Numbered from the stretch's first letter, positions 29,927 to 39,203 are shown. The stretch is DNA of 64,000 nt from an uncultured virus (IMG/VR IMGVR_UViG_2912375805_000003) (IMGVR_UViG_2912375805_000003); one strand, 5' to 3'. Program-made: numbers and translations. Notes: a model not told the origin generated them from the sequence alone.

Positions 29927-31618
29927 TTAAAATTCAATCTCATCCAACATATCAAAAGCATCATCGTAATCAATCTGTTCATCTAATTCTGTAGCTTTGT
30001 ACAATGCGTGTACAAATGCTTGGAACCCATCAGTTTTACGCTTGACTTCCTCTTTTTTTAAGAATTGTTTGCCTGCTTGCGTTTCCTTTACGTACACATT
30101 ATTAGTAAACCAACGCATTAACGGATTATCTCCAAAAATAAATTTGTGATTTGCAAATCCATCTTCTATACGAGGAGCTAATAATGGATGTAAACTAGAT
30201 GGTCTTTTTAGTCGAACTACTTCAAATCCTTCTTTTTCAAGCATAGGCCCTAAAATATCTGCCTTATAGTTATCCACGATAATTACTCTCACTCCATATT
30301 CTTCTCTAGCTTGAATAAACCAATCAACAATATACTTAGGATTTAAAGATGGCTCGTCAATAACTTTCATCAGCCCCATTTTTTCCCAAGTTTTTATTGG
30401 TGCCCGTTTTTCACTGCCAACCAATTGCTCTTTCAACGAGTATCCATAATGAACGTCGCAAAAATTTTTCATTGCAAACGTAAATGATTTAAACGCGTAT
30501 TCCGATTTCTTTCGATTTTTAAATAGCAAACCGCAAGTAGCAAAATCTCGAACACTACCGAAATCGAGAGATCCAATCGGTACCGTATCTAGTTCAAAAA
30601 ATGGACGATTTGTTGCCATTATTTCTTCTCTTGAAGCAACAGAGTTTTCCATATTGTCTTCAAGAAAATTCATTCGTTTAGTAACAAATGCCGAGCGTCC
30701 AGAAGGTTCTTTAGCTAACTTTTTGTACTTTTTCATGACTTCGTTAAACAGACGTTTCCCACGTTTATTCAACGGTGGTTGCAGTGCCGGGTTTGCTTTC
30801 GGCCAATTTTTGGGGTCATCCATTTCTTCAATGGCATCCAGTTCGCATATGTACGGAAATACACCCTTGAACTCTGACAAACCATTTAAAATATCTTCAC
30901 ACTCTCTATATTTAATATCAAAGTAACCTTCACGAACAAACCCCTTAGTACCAATGAAAAATTGCCGTCCGTGATCAACTTTCCCCAGTCCACCAGAAAA
31001 CACATCTACAATATCTGTGTTTTCCATTTCGTGGTATTCGTCGTATATTACTGCACCTTCTCGACCGCCATCTTGAGAGCTTGCATTACTAGTTTTGTAC
31101 TCAAAAACAGACTGTGTCTCTAAACCGGTTAGACTGCTTTTATACGCTTCAAACTCTTCTTTTAAATCTTCATTTCCTTTTTTATTGATTACTCGATAGC
31201 ATTCTTGAAAACTTCTTTTTGCTTGTTTCTCACTATTAGCTACAATTGAAACATCATAGTAATCAATCCCGTGAAGCGAACTGACAAAATAATTTGCCAA
31301 TGTTGAAATAAAGCCATTTTTACCCCCGCCACGCCCCATATTAATAACAAATTCATCAAAAACAACTTCGTCATCTTCTTTATAAAACAAAAAAATGAAT
31401 GCAGAAATAAATTTCTCCCATTCATCTAACTCAAAATACCATGCTTGACTAAACTCGATATAATTATTTATTTGCTCCTCGTCGAAGTAATAAATGTCGT
31501 CGCGAGGTAATATTTCTTTTTCTATTAGTTTTAAAAGTTGTATCCTTTTTTCGTTAAGGATTAACTCACCAGATTTCCATTTACGAATATATTGATCAAC
31601 GTGCTGGTTAAAAAGCAT
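29927..31618 (-). CDS. Terminase large subunit
   Basis: Walker A MGRGGGKN, Walker B IYDEYHE, C-terminal KTDG. Confidence 0.93.
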   Translation of the reverse strand: MLFNQHVDQYIRKWKSGELILNEKRIQLLKLIEKEILPRDDIYYFDEEQINNYIEFSQAWYFELDEWEKFISAFIFLFYKEDDEVVFDEFVINMGRGGGKNGFISTLANYFVSSLHGIDYYDVSIVANSEKQAKRSFQECYRVINKKGNEDLKEEFEAYKSSLTGLETQSVFEYKTSNASSQDGGREGAVIYDEYHEMENTDIVDVFSGGLGKVDHGRQFFIGTKGFVREGYFDIKYRECEDILNGLSEFKGVFPYICELDAIEEMDDPKNWPKANPALQPPLNKRGKRLFNEVMKKYKKLAKEPSGRSAFVTKRMNFLEDNMENSVASREEIMATNRPFFELDTVPIGSLDFGSVRDFATCGLLFKNRKKSEYAFKSFTFAMKNFCDVHYGYSLKEQLVGSEKRAPIKTWEKMGLMKVIDEPSLNPKYIVDWFIQAREEYGVRVIIVDNYKADILGPMLEKEGFEVVRLKRPSSLHPLLAPRIEDGFANHKFIFGDNPLMRWFTNNVYVKETQAGKQFLKKEEVKRKTDGFQAFVHALYKATELDEQIDYDDAFDMLDEIEF

Positions 31619-31620
31619 TT

Positions 31621-32166
31621 TTATTTCCTACCGAGTAACTTACTTTTCTTGTCCGCTCTTGTGCCTTGCGGTAATAAATCGGTGAGTTGTTTGACGATGG
31701 CTTGATAAGTTTTATCTCGATTATCATAATTTTCAACTATAGGACGCTTTCTATCATAAGCAATTTGGTTCTCGCTTTGTTTAAATTTCTCGTACTCCCC
31801 GTTTTCAATGATGTCCTTCCAGTTATCATCCAACAAGACACGTAACCTTGCTGCCTGAATGATCAGCCCTTCAACTAAATTAAGTTTGTCATGAGGAATT
31901 TTATCGAATATCTTCTGCAGACGTTTCTTTTCTAGCTCTACGCGTTTTTCCATGTCGTCCATGCGATCATTGAGTAAGAAATGTAAACTGCATCCAATGA
32001 CGATGGAAATTGAGTTTAACGTTTCGATACTAGGGGAATTTTTCCCATTTTCAATACTTCCATAATACCTACTAGAAATACCACTTTTCGTTGCTACATC
32101 AGCCTGTGTCAATCCTTTTTCAATTCTTTTTTGTTTCATTCTCGTGCCAACCAACTTAGAATTCAA
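31621..32166 (-). CDS. Terminase small subunit with N-terminal XRE-type HTH
   Basis: GLTQADVA...YGSIENGKNSPSIETL HTH; LIIQAARLRV...RPIVENY; probable TTG start at 32166 after AGGAAGG. Confidence 0.72.
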   Translation of the reverse strand: MNSKLVGTRMKQKRIEKGLTQADVATKSGISSRYYGSIENGKNSPSIETLNSISIVIGCSLHFLLNDRMDDMEKRVELEKKRLQKIFDKIPHDKLNLVEGLIIQAARLRVLLDDNWKDIIENGEYEKFKQSENQIAYDRKRPIVENYDNRDKTYQAIVKQLTDLLPQGTRADKKSKLLGRK

Positions 32167-32196
32167 ACCAATCACCTTCCTTCTATATTTACTAAA

Positions 32197-32310
32197 GGGG
32201 CGGCGGAGGGGGGAGGGGTAAAATAAATACGTTGCATTTGCAGAATTAACCCCATCCACCGGTTCCCAAAAATTTTATTTCTTCTCAAAATCTTTTGACC
32301 GGGGGTATTT
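32197..32310. other. Probable cos/packaging region
   Basis: GC-rich tracts (minus strand ATACCCCCGGTC...GGGAACCGGTGGATGGGG...CCCCTCCCCCCTCCGCCGCCCC) between HNH and terS. Confidence 0.45.
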
Positions 32311-32342
32311 CACTCTATATATCTTCGCTTTATACTGATTTA

Positions 32343-32603
32343 TCAGCCGTCTTGCTCGTTGCTTTCTACAATATGTGCAAATGGACTCAAGGTATAATCA
32401 ATGTCTACATTAATATTAAATGTCCCTGTTACTTCATTAGCGTTACCTATTAGTCTATTGTTGATAGATATATCCTCTACAGTTGTTGTTTCTTCAATGA
32501 GCTGACTCTTAAATAGAACCAACTTATCAATAGCCTTATCAACCATAGCGATTGCTTCTGCTCGTTTGACATCATCTCTGTTTGCTGTTTTTCTTACCAC
32601 CAT
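32343..32603 (-). CDS. Hypothetical phage protein
   Basis: 86 aa ORF overlapping the HNH stop. Confidence 0.6.
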   Translation of the reverse strand: MVVRKTANRDDVKRAEAIAMVDKAIDKLVLFKSQLIEETTTVEDISINNRLIGNANEVTGTFNINVDIDYTLSPFAHIVESNEQDG

Positions 32604-32905
32604 TCATCATCCCACTTTCTTTTCTTTTGTTGGCCACGATATTTCATACGGTTGTGCCTTTTGTTATGGCAATCTTTGCATAAGGTTCTTAGGTTGTTTA
32701 TATCTAGAGCTAAATCCGGATGATACTCCAGCTCCTTTATATGATCCACTTCAAGAATTGAATCATGTTGAGTTGTTAGTCTACCCTCTGCTTTACACCA
32801 TTGGCACTCATAATGATCTCGCTCTAAGCATTGACTTCTAAGTTTCCTCCACTCAGTTGATCCATAGAACCTAGCTCTTGCTTGTTTAGTTGAAACATCA
32901 ATCAT
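32594..32905 (-). CDS. Packaging-associated HNH endonuclease
   Basis: CQWC...VDHIKE...NLRTLCKDCHNKRH. Confidence 0.9.
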   Translation of the reverse strand: MIDVSTKQARARFYGSTEWRKLRSQCLERDHYECQWCKAEGRLTTQHDSILEVDHIKELEYHPDLALDINNLRTLCKDCHNKRHNRMKYRGQQKKRKWDDEWW

Positions 32906-33478
32906 TTACATATCTCTCTTGTGCCCAATGATTTTTCTATCTAAGTACTTGTTATTATGTGAATCATAATATTCAATAGTGATGTCGTTAGCTCCTTTTG
33001 GTACTTGGCATTCATATTCTTCCGTATGCCAATGATAAGTAATATCGACAAGACCTATCGGCATCTCATCCATTCGTTGACCTTTATAATAAACTTCTGG
33101 TACTGAGTCAGTATCTCTTAGTTTGATTTCTAGAAGGTTCGTATTACTTCCATCATCTAACGTCAATTCAGCAATCCTCTTTTTGATCTGTTGAATTACT
33201 TTTCTTCCTGTCTCGCCTGTCATTGGTACTACCGTCTCATATCCAGTAAACTCGCAAGTAAAGCGTTCAATAGCATAAGCGTTTTGAAGTGGCTTAGCAC
33301 TAAGAACAGCTGGATTGTTGCTATAATAACGATCTACTAATAACTTCCCTATAGGAATGGCATCTAAAGCTCTATCAGTAAACACTAAAACATTGGGATA
33401 ATCTTCTTGAATTTTGTAAGCTAGATTTGGTGTAGTTACAATGTTATACCCTTCCCTGATATAATCTTTTAATTTCAT
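32906..33478 (-). CDS. Hypothetical phage protein
   Basis: ORF with GGAGG RBS before MKLKDY. Confidence 0.65.
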   Translation of the reverse strand: MKLKDYIREGYNIVTTPNLAYKIQEDYPNVLVFTDRALDAIPIGKLLVDRYYSNNPAVLSAKPLQNAYAIERFTCEFTGYETVVPMTGETGRKVIQQIKKRIAELTLDDGSNTNLLEIKLRDTDSVPEVYYKGQRMDEMPIGLVDITYHWHTEEYECQVPKGANDITIEYYDSHNNKYLDRKIIGHKRDM

Positions 33479-33518
33479 AGTTTCCCTCCTGAAAACATCC
33501 AATAATTACTTGTTAATG

Positions 33519-33803
33519 CTATTGCATCTTTTCGACATAAACATTCACTAAGGCTTCTTGCACTTTGAATATCCCTTCAACGCCTAATCCTTTTACATCT
33601 AGATCTAACCTATCTTTCAAGAACTTAGCATTGTGCTCTGCTCTAATTGTTTGCTCAGCGATGAAATAATTTAGTGCCGCTACTTCATCCATCTTTAACC
33701 CCACCAAACTAATGATGTTCATGAATAAGTTAGCTAGTTCGTCCATATCTTTTTCTGCTCTTATCTTTTCAATCAACTTGATGTAATCATAGTTATCATT
33801 CAT
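33519..33803 (-). CDS. Hypothetical phage protein
   Basis: 94 aa, coupled to the upstream gene. Confidence 0.65.
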   Translation of the reverse strand: MNDNYDYIKLIEKIRAEKDMDELANLFMNIISLVGLKMDEVAALNYFIAEQTIRAEHNAKFLKDRLDLDVKGLGVEGIFKVQEALVNVYVEKMQ

Positions 33804-34027
33804 TTGATGTACCTCTCAATGTTTTGTTGAATATATTCGTCTTTCCAATATCCATGGCCACAGTAACGAAGATTGTACTTATCGATCTCATTTGGTGTAG
33901 CTTCTCTGGTCATTTCAATGATGGAGTACTTCTTTTTGATTTGTACAGAACGCACAACACGCACTGAACAATCATCAATGGTTCGAGGATATTCATTAGT
34001 TAGCGATACATACCAGTAATTTCTCAT
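33800..34027 (-). CDS. Hypothetical phage protein
   Basis: 75 aa ORF in the operon. Confidence 0.65.
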   Translation of the reverse strand: MRNYWYVSLTNEYPRTIDDCSVRVVRSVQIKKKYSIIEMTREATPNEIDKYNLRYCGHGYWKDEYIQQNIERYIK

Positions 34028-34033
34028 TACGTA

Positions 34034-34246
34034 TCACTCTTTCTGTTGGTTACTGGCAGAAAAGGTTCGCATCATAAATTCCATAGCCTGTCCTTCATTA
34101 AACCCTTGTAGAATAAGCTGGTCATAGAAATACTTAGCTTGTTTTGCGATTAACGCTAAGCTTTTTTGAGCTTCATAGAATGTTGCCTCTGCAGTTTGAT
34201 TTGATTCATTCAATTTAAATAACTCGCTTAATTGTTTTTCATTCAT
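34034..34246 (-). CDS. Hypothetical phage protein
   Basis: Start MNEKQL after AAGGAG. Confidence 0.65.
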   Translation of the reverse strand: MNEKQLSELFKLNESNQTAEATFYEAQKSLALIAKQAKYFYDQLILQGFNEGQAMEFMMRTFSASNQQKE

Positions 34247-34264
34247 AGATAAAACTCCTTTCAA

Positions 34265-34429
34265 AATAAAAAGACCACTCAAAGAGTGATCTAATATGTA
34301 AAAACTACACCTCATAAACGAGATGCAGTTATAGTTCTATCAAGCAACCTACACCGATTCCATCGATTACTATCGACCTCGCCTTGCTCGTGTACTTGGA
34401 GCGCCCATTTCCAACCCTCGGTTGCCAAA
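34265..34429 (-). ncRNA. Putative structured RNA and terminator downstream of the tRNA-like gene
   Basis: GCAACC...GGTTGC closing stem with internal hairpins; AACTGCATCTC/GAGGTGTAGTT hairpin; GATCACTC/GAGTGGTC-TTTTT terminator. Confidence 0.4.
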
Positions 34430-34517
34430 GTCACTGGCAATGAATCGAACATTGCATGGTTGCCGAAGCATTGACCTAGCACGCATGCTTAGCGTCTACC
34501 CTTTCCGCCACAGTGAC
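34430..34517 (-). tRNA. Non-canonical tRNA-like gene (anticodon ambiguous, GCT possible; may be a pseudo-tRNA)
   Basis: Acceptor GTCACTG/CAGTGAC; D-arm GCG..GGTAGA-CGC; T-loop TTCGATT; no encoded CCA. Confidence 0.7.
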
Positions 34518-34604
34518 AAATTAATATTGTGAAAATAAATACTAAGCGTATAATTTTATTTATCAGCGAGTGGTCCGCTGAAATAAATTATAGGTGGTGA
34601 ATAT

Positions 34605-34853
34605 ATGAAAATAACTGCTGCTATTACCAAAGAACAGGGCGTAACTTTTACAGTTGTTGTTGTGAAAAACGGTGTGATCTCTTCTTCTCATAGAGAACAA
34701 GTTAGAAGTAGCATCCCAAGAAATTTCCCAAGACCTATTATCTTAGCTGAACAGTCGCATGGGAAAATGAAGTATCACGGTAGAACAGATATCGTAAAAT
34801 TTCTTTCTAATGTACCTTATCAAGCTTTGCCTTGGAAGGATTATACTTTATAG
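34605..34853 (+). CDS. Hypothetical protein, antisense to the late region
   Basis: 82 aa; RBS AGGTGG. Confidence 0.7.
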   Translation: MKITAAITKEQGVTFTVVVVKNGVISSSHREQVRSSIPRNFPRPIILAEQSHGKMKYHGRTDIVKFLSNVPYQALPWKDYTL

Positions 34854-35067
34854 GTTCTGCTACCGGATTGTTGATATCCCCTTCTGGTAAATCAATGTTC
34901 CAATTTGCTTTTACAAAAAAACTAGAATTTTCACTTTCAGCTTTATTCACAATAGCAATTTCATCTAAAGTTTCTTGTAACTGTTCGACTTGGTCACTAG
35001 CCTTGTTGAGCAGTTCTTTTAGTTCAGTCAAATCTAATTTGACAGTTACTTTGATTTCTTTATCCAT
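34807..35067 (-). CDS. Hypothetical phage protein
   Basis: MDKEIKV start after GGAGGG. Confidence 0.55.
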   Translation of the reverse strand: MDKEIKVTVKLDLTELKELLNKASDQVEQLQETLDEIAIVNKAESENSSFFVKANWNIDLPEGDINNPVAEPIKYNPSKAKLDKVH

Positions 35068-35093
35068 TCGTTTTCCCTCCAATACATAAATTA

Positions 35094-35182
35094 ATAGACA
35101 GCAACGGATGATAGATAATAAGAACAATTTAGAAGGAGTTAAAATTCACATCCTTATTCTTAATATTTCCGCTGCTGTCTAT
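35094..35182 (-). ncRNA. Long hairpin at the 5' end of the late transcript
   Basis: ATAGACAGCAGCGGA...TCCGTTGCTGTCTAT; includes an anti-SD-like ACTCCTTCT. Confidence 0.4.
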
Positions 35183-35266
35183 CGAAGCTTAATTGTGAAA
35201 CAATAATAAAACGATGTTCCTTTTATTATTATTTTGTCTTAGACCTATCACTAATCTTTCGACACT

Positions 35267-35325
35267 ATCATAATATCACGTTAAACCACTCAAAAACCCT
35301 ACACTATCCCTACAAAAACCCTACA
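35267..35325 (-). promoter_or_regulatory. Late promoter with activator-binding direct repeats
   Basis: CCCTACA at 35297, 35308 and 35319 (11-bp period); -10 TATGAT; just downstream of the ArpU-type gene. Confidence 0.68.
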
Positions 35326-35328
35326 AAA

Positions 35329-35748
35329 TCAACGATACTGAACTAATACGCCTTTTTTGTATGCTTCAGCAAATTCGATCAGCGCGATAGATTTCAGCTT
35401 CTCTACATTCTTCTCTCCGTATCCTCGTATCAATTGCCCTATTTCATAATTAGAGTGCTTGTTTACGTCACAAAAGCTATAATAGAGTATCTGACGGCTA
35501 ATCAGACTAAGAGCCATCAAAGCCGCTAGAATCGCATCTCTCTCTGCTTCTATATCCATCATCTGAATAATCGCGTCCTCTGCCTTATTGCCGTGCTTCG
35601 GTGCCTTCGGCATATCCGTAATAATCGGCGACTTAATATCTATCAAAGAGCGACCTGCCATCCGCTCTAAGCGTCGAAAATTCTTCAGCACATCTCTCGC
35701 ATTGCATCTTGTCTGTTTGAAATCTACCTCTCGTAACAATTGCATCAA
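35329..35748 (-). CDS. ArpU-family late transcriptional activator
   Basis: IKSPIITDMPK...KSIALIEFAEAY; position at the end of the early region. Confidence 0.85.
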   Translation of the reverse strand: MMQLLREVDFKQTRCNARDVLKNFRRLERMAGRSLIDIKSPIITDMPKAPKHGNKAEDAIIQMMDIEAERDAILAALMALSLISRQILYYSFCDVNKHSNYEIGQLIRGYGEKNVEKLKSIALIEFAEAYKKGVLVQYR

Positions 35749-36004
35749 GTCAAACCGCTCCTTTATGTGATATAATAAACTTGTTGGGTTTATTACATCA
35801 GTCGGAGCGATCCGGCTTTTTTTATTTGCCGAGTTACACTTCTCGACTTAGCATGCTGGTGTGTCAAATACTTCAATATATGCTTCTTCTGTTTTTATTG
35901 TCTTTTTCATTCCGCCATTCCTCAACCTCCGCAATTTTGTTATAATTAACTGTCAGGTAAATTATAATTGTGCGTTTAGCTAAGGGGCTAAACGTTTTTT
36001 TATT

Positions 36005-36298
36005 TTATTTTTGATGTTCTTTCATAAAACGATCACATTCTTCTTTGCTGATACGAATAACGCCGTTAACGATACCCATTTTCAAACCAGCTGGTACGTA
36101 CTTATCCATCATCGTGTTGTAACTTACACCAAGATATTTTGCTGCTTGCATTTTGTTCATATATTTCGGAAATTGGTATTTCTTTTCTAGCAAAGCAATC
36201 AATTCATCTTGTTTTTTCTCGACCAATTCTGCAATTCGTTCATCCATTTCTTGAAATGCTGGTTCTTCAAACGTTACCTTGTCAATTTTTAATTCCAT
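36005..36298 (-). CDS. Excisionase-like HTH DNA-binding protein
   Basis: YMNKMQAAKYLGVSYNT...IRISKEECDRFM. Confidence 0.65.
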   Translation of the reverse strand: MELKIDKVTFEEPAFQEMDERIAELVEKKQDELIALLEKKYQFPKYMNKMQAAKYLGVSYNTMMDKYVPAGLKMGIVNGVIRISKEECDRFMKEHQK

Positions 36299-36587
36299 TG
36301 TTTATAACCTCCATATCCACCAATCTCACCACTGCTAAATTCTCTTTGCTTTTCGCTAACCACTTATCGCATTCCATTGTGTTTTCAATACGAATGATCG
36401 CTGAGTGATTATAGACGTGTTCTACATATCCACGAAACGGATAAATGAACTCTTCTGCTTCACAGCGAACCATGTCACCGACTTTGACTTTTGGTTTCTT
36501 ACGTTTTTTAGGATTCTTTGTCGGCATGTCTAGCATTAAACCGCCGATACCGTGACTACTAGCGTAAAATCCGTCTTTTAGTTTCAT
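36282..36587 (-). CDS. Hypothetical phage protein
   Basis: Coupled ORF starting MKLKDG. Confidence 0.65.
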   Translation of the reverse strand: MKLKDGFYASSHGIGGLMLDMPTKNPKKRKKPKVKVGDMVRCEAEEFIYPFRGYVEHVYNHSAIIRIENTMECDKWLAKSKENLAVVRLVDMEVINNGIKN

Positions 36588-36787
36588 CTCATTTCCTCCC
36601 ATTTACGATCATCATTTAATATCGAAATCCCAAACTTACGAATAGCATCACTTGCATCAGCAACAAACTGACTTGCCACTTTATATGTTTCTTCTGCTGA
36701 AATTCCATATTCTTTTTCAAACTTTGTCTTTAGTACATTCAGTTCCTGTTTTCTTAGTTTTGTTATTCTGCGGTGTCTGTTGTTCAT
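36584..36787 (-). CDS. Hypothetical phage protein
   Basis: Coupled ORF starting MNNRHRR. Confidence 0.6.
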   Translation of the reverse strand: MNNRHRRITKLRKQELNVLKTKFEKEYGISAEETYKVASQFVADASDAIRKFGISILNDDRKWEEMR

Positions 36788-37170
36788 TCCGCTTCCTCCT
36801 GTTCTAATCCCCATTGAGCGAATGCTGATAGGACTTCATATTCTTGTTTACAAGCCAATAGTTTATAAGCTTTGCGTACTTTATCAGGTAATTTTCCTAG
36901 TAAATTTTTATCAGAAAAAGCATTAACAGATAATATTGGTGCTTCTCTAGTTAAAATTGTCTCGCTTTTCAACCACTCCAACACGATTTTCTGGTTGTCG
37001 TTGAGTTGAATTGATTTTTCTATTTGTCTTAAATCTTCCAATTCAAGTCGTAGATGACTGATTTGAGTCATTTTAGCTTGCTCAACAATTGGAAACCCCA
37101 ATCCCAAACTATCTTCTAAATTTTGGAGTTCGCTTTCTTTCTCAGATATGAGTTGGTGCAATTTTTTCAT
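36784..37170 (-). CDS. Hypothetical phage protein
   Basis: 128 aa, coupled. Confidence 0.65.
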   Translation of the reverse strand: MKKLHQLISEKESELQNLEDSLGLGFPIVEQAKMTQISHLRLELEDLRQIEKSIQLNDNQKIVLEWLKSETILTREAPILSVNAFSDKNLLGKLPDKVRKAYKLLACKQEYEVLSAFAQWGLEQEEAE

Positions 37171-37883
37171 CCTTCTGCCTCCTCTTCCACTGGCACAGCA
37201 AATGGCCAGTATCTTTCATCAATTGCTTTTATTTCTGATTCCGTAAAAGTATTTTTCCATTTAGCCCCATAACGTTCTGTAGCCGCTGAGAAACACATAT
37301 GAGTATCTCCTGGCATTAAAAAAGTTTGGATAAGGTAGTATGTTACGCCTGGTATTTTTAGCTTCACGTGATACAACGGTTCTTTCTCGACCTCGTAGCC
37401 GTATAACAAAGCTTCTATTGCTTTCTTTTTATTAGGATAATTGTCGCTGCATTTATCAACAAGCCAGTACAACAGCTCTTTGTTTTCTGATGATGATCCG
37501 TTCTCGCTAAGTTCAAAATCAACACCATATCCCCAACTTGCACGTGCAACAAGTGAAATAGCATAAAACTTGTCACGTTTTTCCAGAACTTGTTTTGCCC
37601 AATCATCAAAAAACTTAGGCATAACTGGTTTCTGCGATTCACCAGTCTTACCAAATACAGCATTATCTAAAGTGTTTCTCAAGCTTTGTGCCGATTCAGG
37701 ATAAGCCTCAGCTACCTTATTCCAAGCTTGTTCGTCTGTAATTTTTGATTCATTTAGTCTTTTCGCCAACTTTAAAGATACTTCATAAGCGCAGTACCTT
37801 CCTTGGCCATGCTCATCCATAACGTTCTCATAACGCTTTACATATTTAGCTAATTTCTCAATCAATTCCTGTTTATTCATCAC
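37167..37883 (-). CDS. DUF1642-like phage protein
   Basis: KPVMPKFFDDW...ALLYGYEVEKEPLY...FTESEIK. Confidence 0.72.
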   Translation of the reverse strand: MMNKQELIEKLAKYVKRYENVMDEHGQGRYCAYEVSLKLAKRLNESKITDEQAWNKVAEAYPESAQSLRNTLDNAVFGKTGESQKPVMPKFFDDWAKQVLEKRDKFYAISLVARASWGYGVDFELSENGSSSENKELLYWLVDKCSDNYPNKKKAIEALLYGYEVEKEPLYHVKLKIPGVTYYLIQTFLMPGDTHMCFSAATERYGAKWKNTFTESEIKAIDERYWPFAVPVEEEAEG

Positions 37884-38266
37884 TGTTCCTCCAATAACTC
37901 TGGATTTTCGTAGATATTGCCGATGATCTCAAAGTTATATATGCTACCTCCTAATGATTGCATATATAAATCATGCCTTTCACTTCCGTTATCTAGATAA
38001 AACATAGTATATCTGTTGGAATACTTGACTATGCCGTTTATACGAACAGGGATAGTTGTTGTTAAATATTGTTCGGCTTGCACAACGTCACCATCAAATA
38101 TCTCCACACTATTCTTGTCTTTCATTCCTGTGGATTGCATAAGCACATATTTATCTGGAGCCATTTCAGCATGAGTGATCAACCTTCCTGCTTGCCCATA
38201 TTTCATTTCTTGTCCAATTGTTTTACCTTTAAATGGTGTGTACCACGCTCGAAATCTCGGTATCAT
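37880..38266 (-). CDS. YopX family protein
   Basis: PRFRAW, LMQSTGMKDKN, EIIGNIYENPELL. Confidence 0.88.
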   Translation of the reverse strand: MIPRFRAWYTPFKGKTIGQEMKYGQAGRLITHAEMAPDKYVLMQSTGMKDKNSVEIFDGDVVQAEQYLTTTIPVRINGIVKYSNRYTMFYLDNGSERHDLYMQSLGGSIYNFEIIGNIYENPELLEEQ

Positions 38267-38574
38267 TTGCTGTCCTCCAAATCACTCGACTTCACGAATA
38301 CACCATCTACCATTTTTCCTGTGCGCCCTTTGATTTCGTTGTATGCCATTTCTAAACACTCTTGTATGTTTGTCCCTTTTTGCATGGAAAGGATAATCAG
38401 CGTGACGATAACGTCTCCTACGCTATCTTTAAATAGCTCATCATTACTTCTTGCCATCGCTGAAGCAATTTCTCCGAATTCCTCAGCTACTTTCAAAAAC
38501 TGTGCTTTTGGATCCGCTTGATCCAGTCCCTTGTCTTTTGCCCACTGCTCTACTTTTGTGATTAGTTCGTCCAT
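38263..38574 (-). CDS. MazG-like nucleotide pyrophosphohydrolase
   Basis: KVAEEFGEIA...DSVGDVIVTL...AYNEIKGRTG. Confidence 0.85.
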   Translation of the reverse strand: MDELITKVEQWAKDKGLDQADPKAQFLKVAEEFGEIASAMARSNDELFKDSVGDVIVTLIILSMQKGTNIQECLEMAYNEIKGRTGKMVDGVFVKSSDLEDSK

Positions 38575-38750
38575 TTTTCATTCTCCTTTATATATTTAAG
38601 TTGGATAATACAACTTGTAACAAATGAAGCTAATGTTAAAATTGTGCCGATTGGTGTTAAAAAACCGCTTTTTATCGTATTAATTAATATAGCTACAAAT
38701 ATCGTTATATAGAATAAAAAGTGAATTGACACTAACGTTAAATTAAACAT
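38562..38750 (-). CDS. Small membrane protein
   Basis: 62 aa, two hydrophobic helices. Confidence 0.55.
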   Translation of the reverse strand: MFNLTLVSIHFLFYITIFVAILINTIKSGFLTPIGTILTLASFVTSCIIQLKYIKENEKWTN

Positions 38751-39065
38751 CTAGTCCTCCTCGAAATACTCATTCAGTATCTCTCTATACTTTTCTACAA
38801 ATTTGAAACGATCTTGATGAAGTTTCTTGCTCCAATTTGTTTGCCGATCCAGCTCACGCATCTGATCGAACCCTTTTTGAATTTCGTTGTAATAAAATTC
38901 AATGTTTGCTGCTGCTTTCCAATGCCTGCTACTTCGCACTCCTACTCCTGTTTCAGCCATTTCCAACTTAACTAATTCCGCTCGTTCTTTTGCTTTTTTA
39001 TCTTTCTGAATCTTTGCCATGATTTTCTTGAGGATGATATCACTGTATTGTGTAATGAGATCCAT
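38751..39065 (-). CDS. Phage protein (DUF1140-like)
   Basis: GVRSSRHWKAAANIEFY pattern. Confidence 0.6.
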   Translation of the reverse strand: MDLITQYSDIILKKIMAKIQKDKKAKERAELVKLEMAETGVGVRSSRHWKAAANIEFYYNEIQKGFDQMRELDRQTNWSKKLHQDRFKFVEKYREILNEYFEED

Positions 39066-39076
39066 TATTTCTCCTC

Positions 39077-39190
39077 CTAAAATTTCATTTCATCGTTGTT
39101 GTCATCTTCTTTGTCATCAGTTTGGGAAAGGAGCGCATACACGAGATATGCTGCTCCTACTAAACCTAAGAACAAGAGAATTTTAGCCAT
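39077..39190 (-). CDS. Small membrane peptide (37 aa)
   Basis: MAKILLFLGLVGAAYLVYALLSQ plus an acidic tail. Confidence 0.45.
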   Translation of the reverse strand: MAKILLFLGLVGAAYLVYALLSQTDDKEDDNNDEMKF

Positions 39191-39203
39191 AAAGAATCCC
39201 ATA

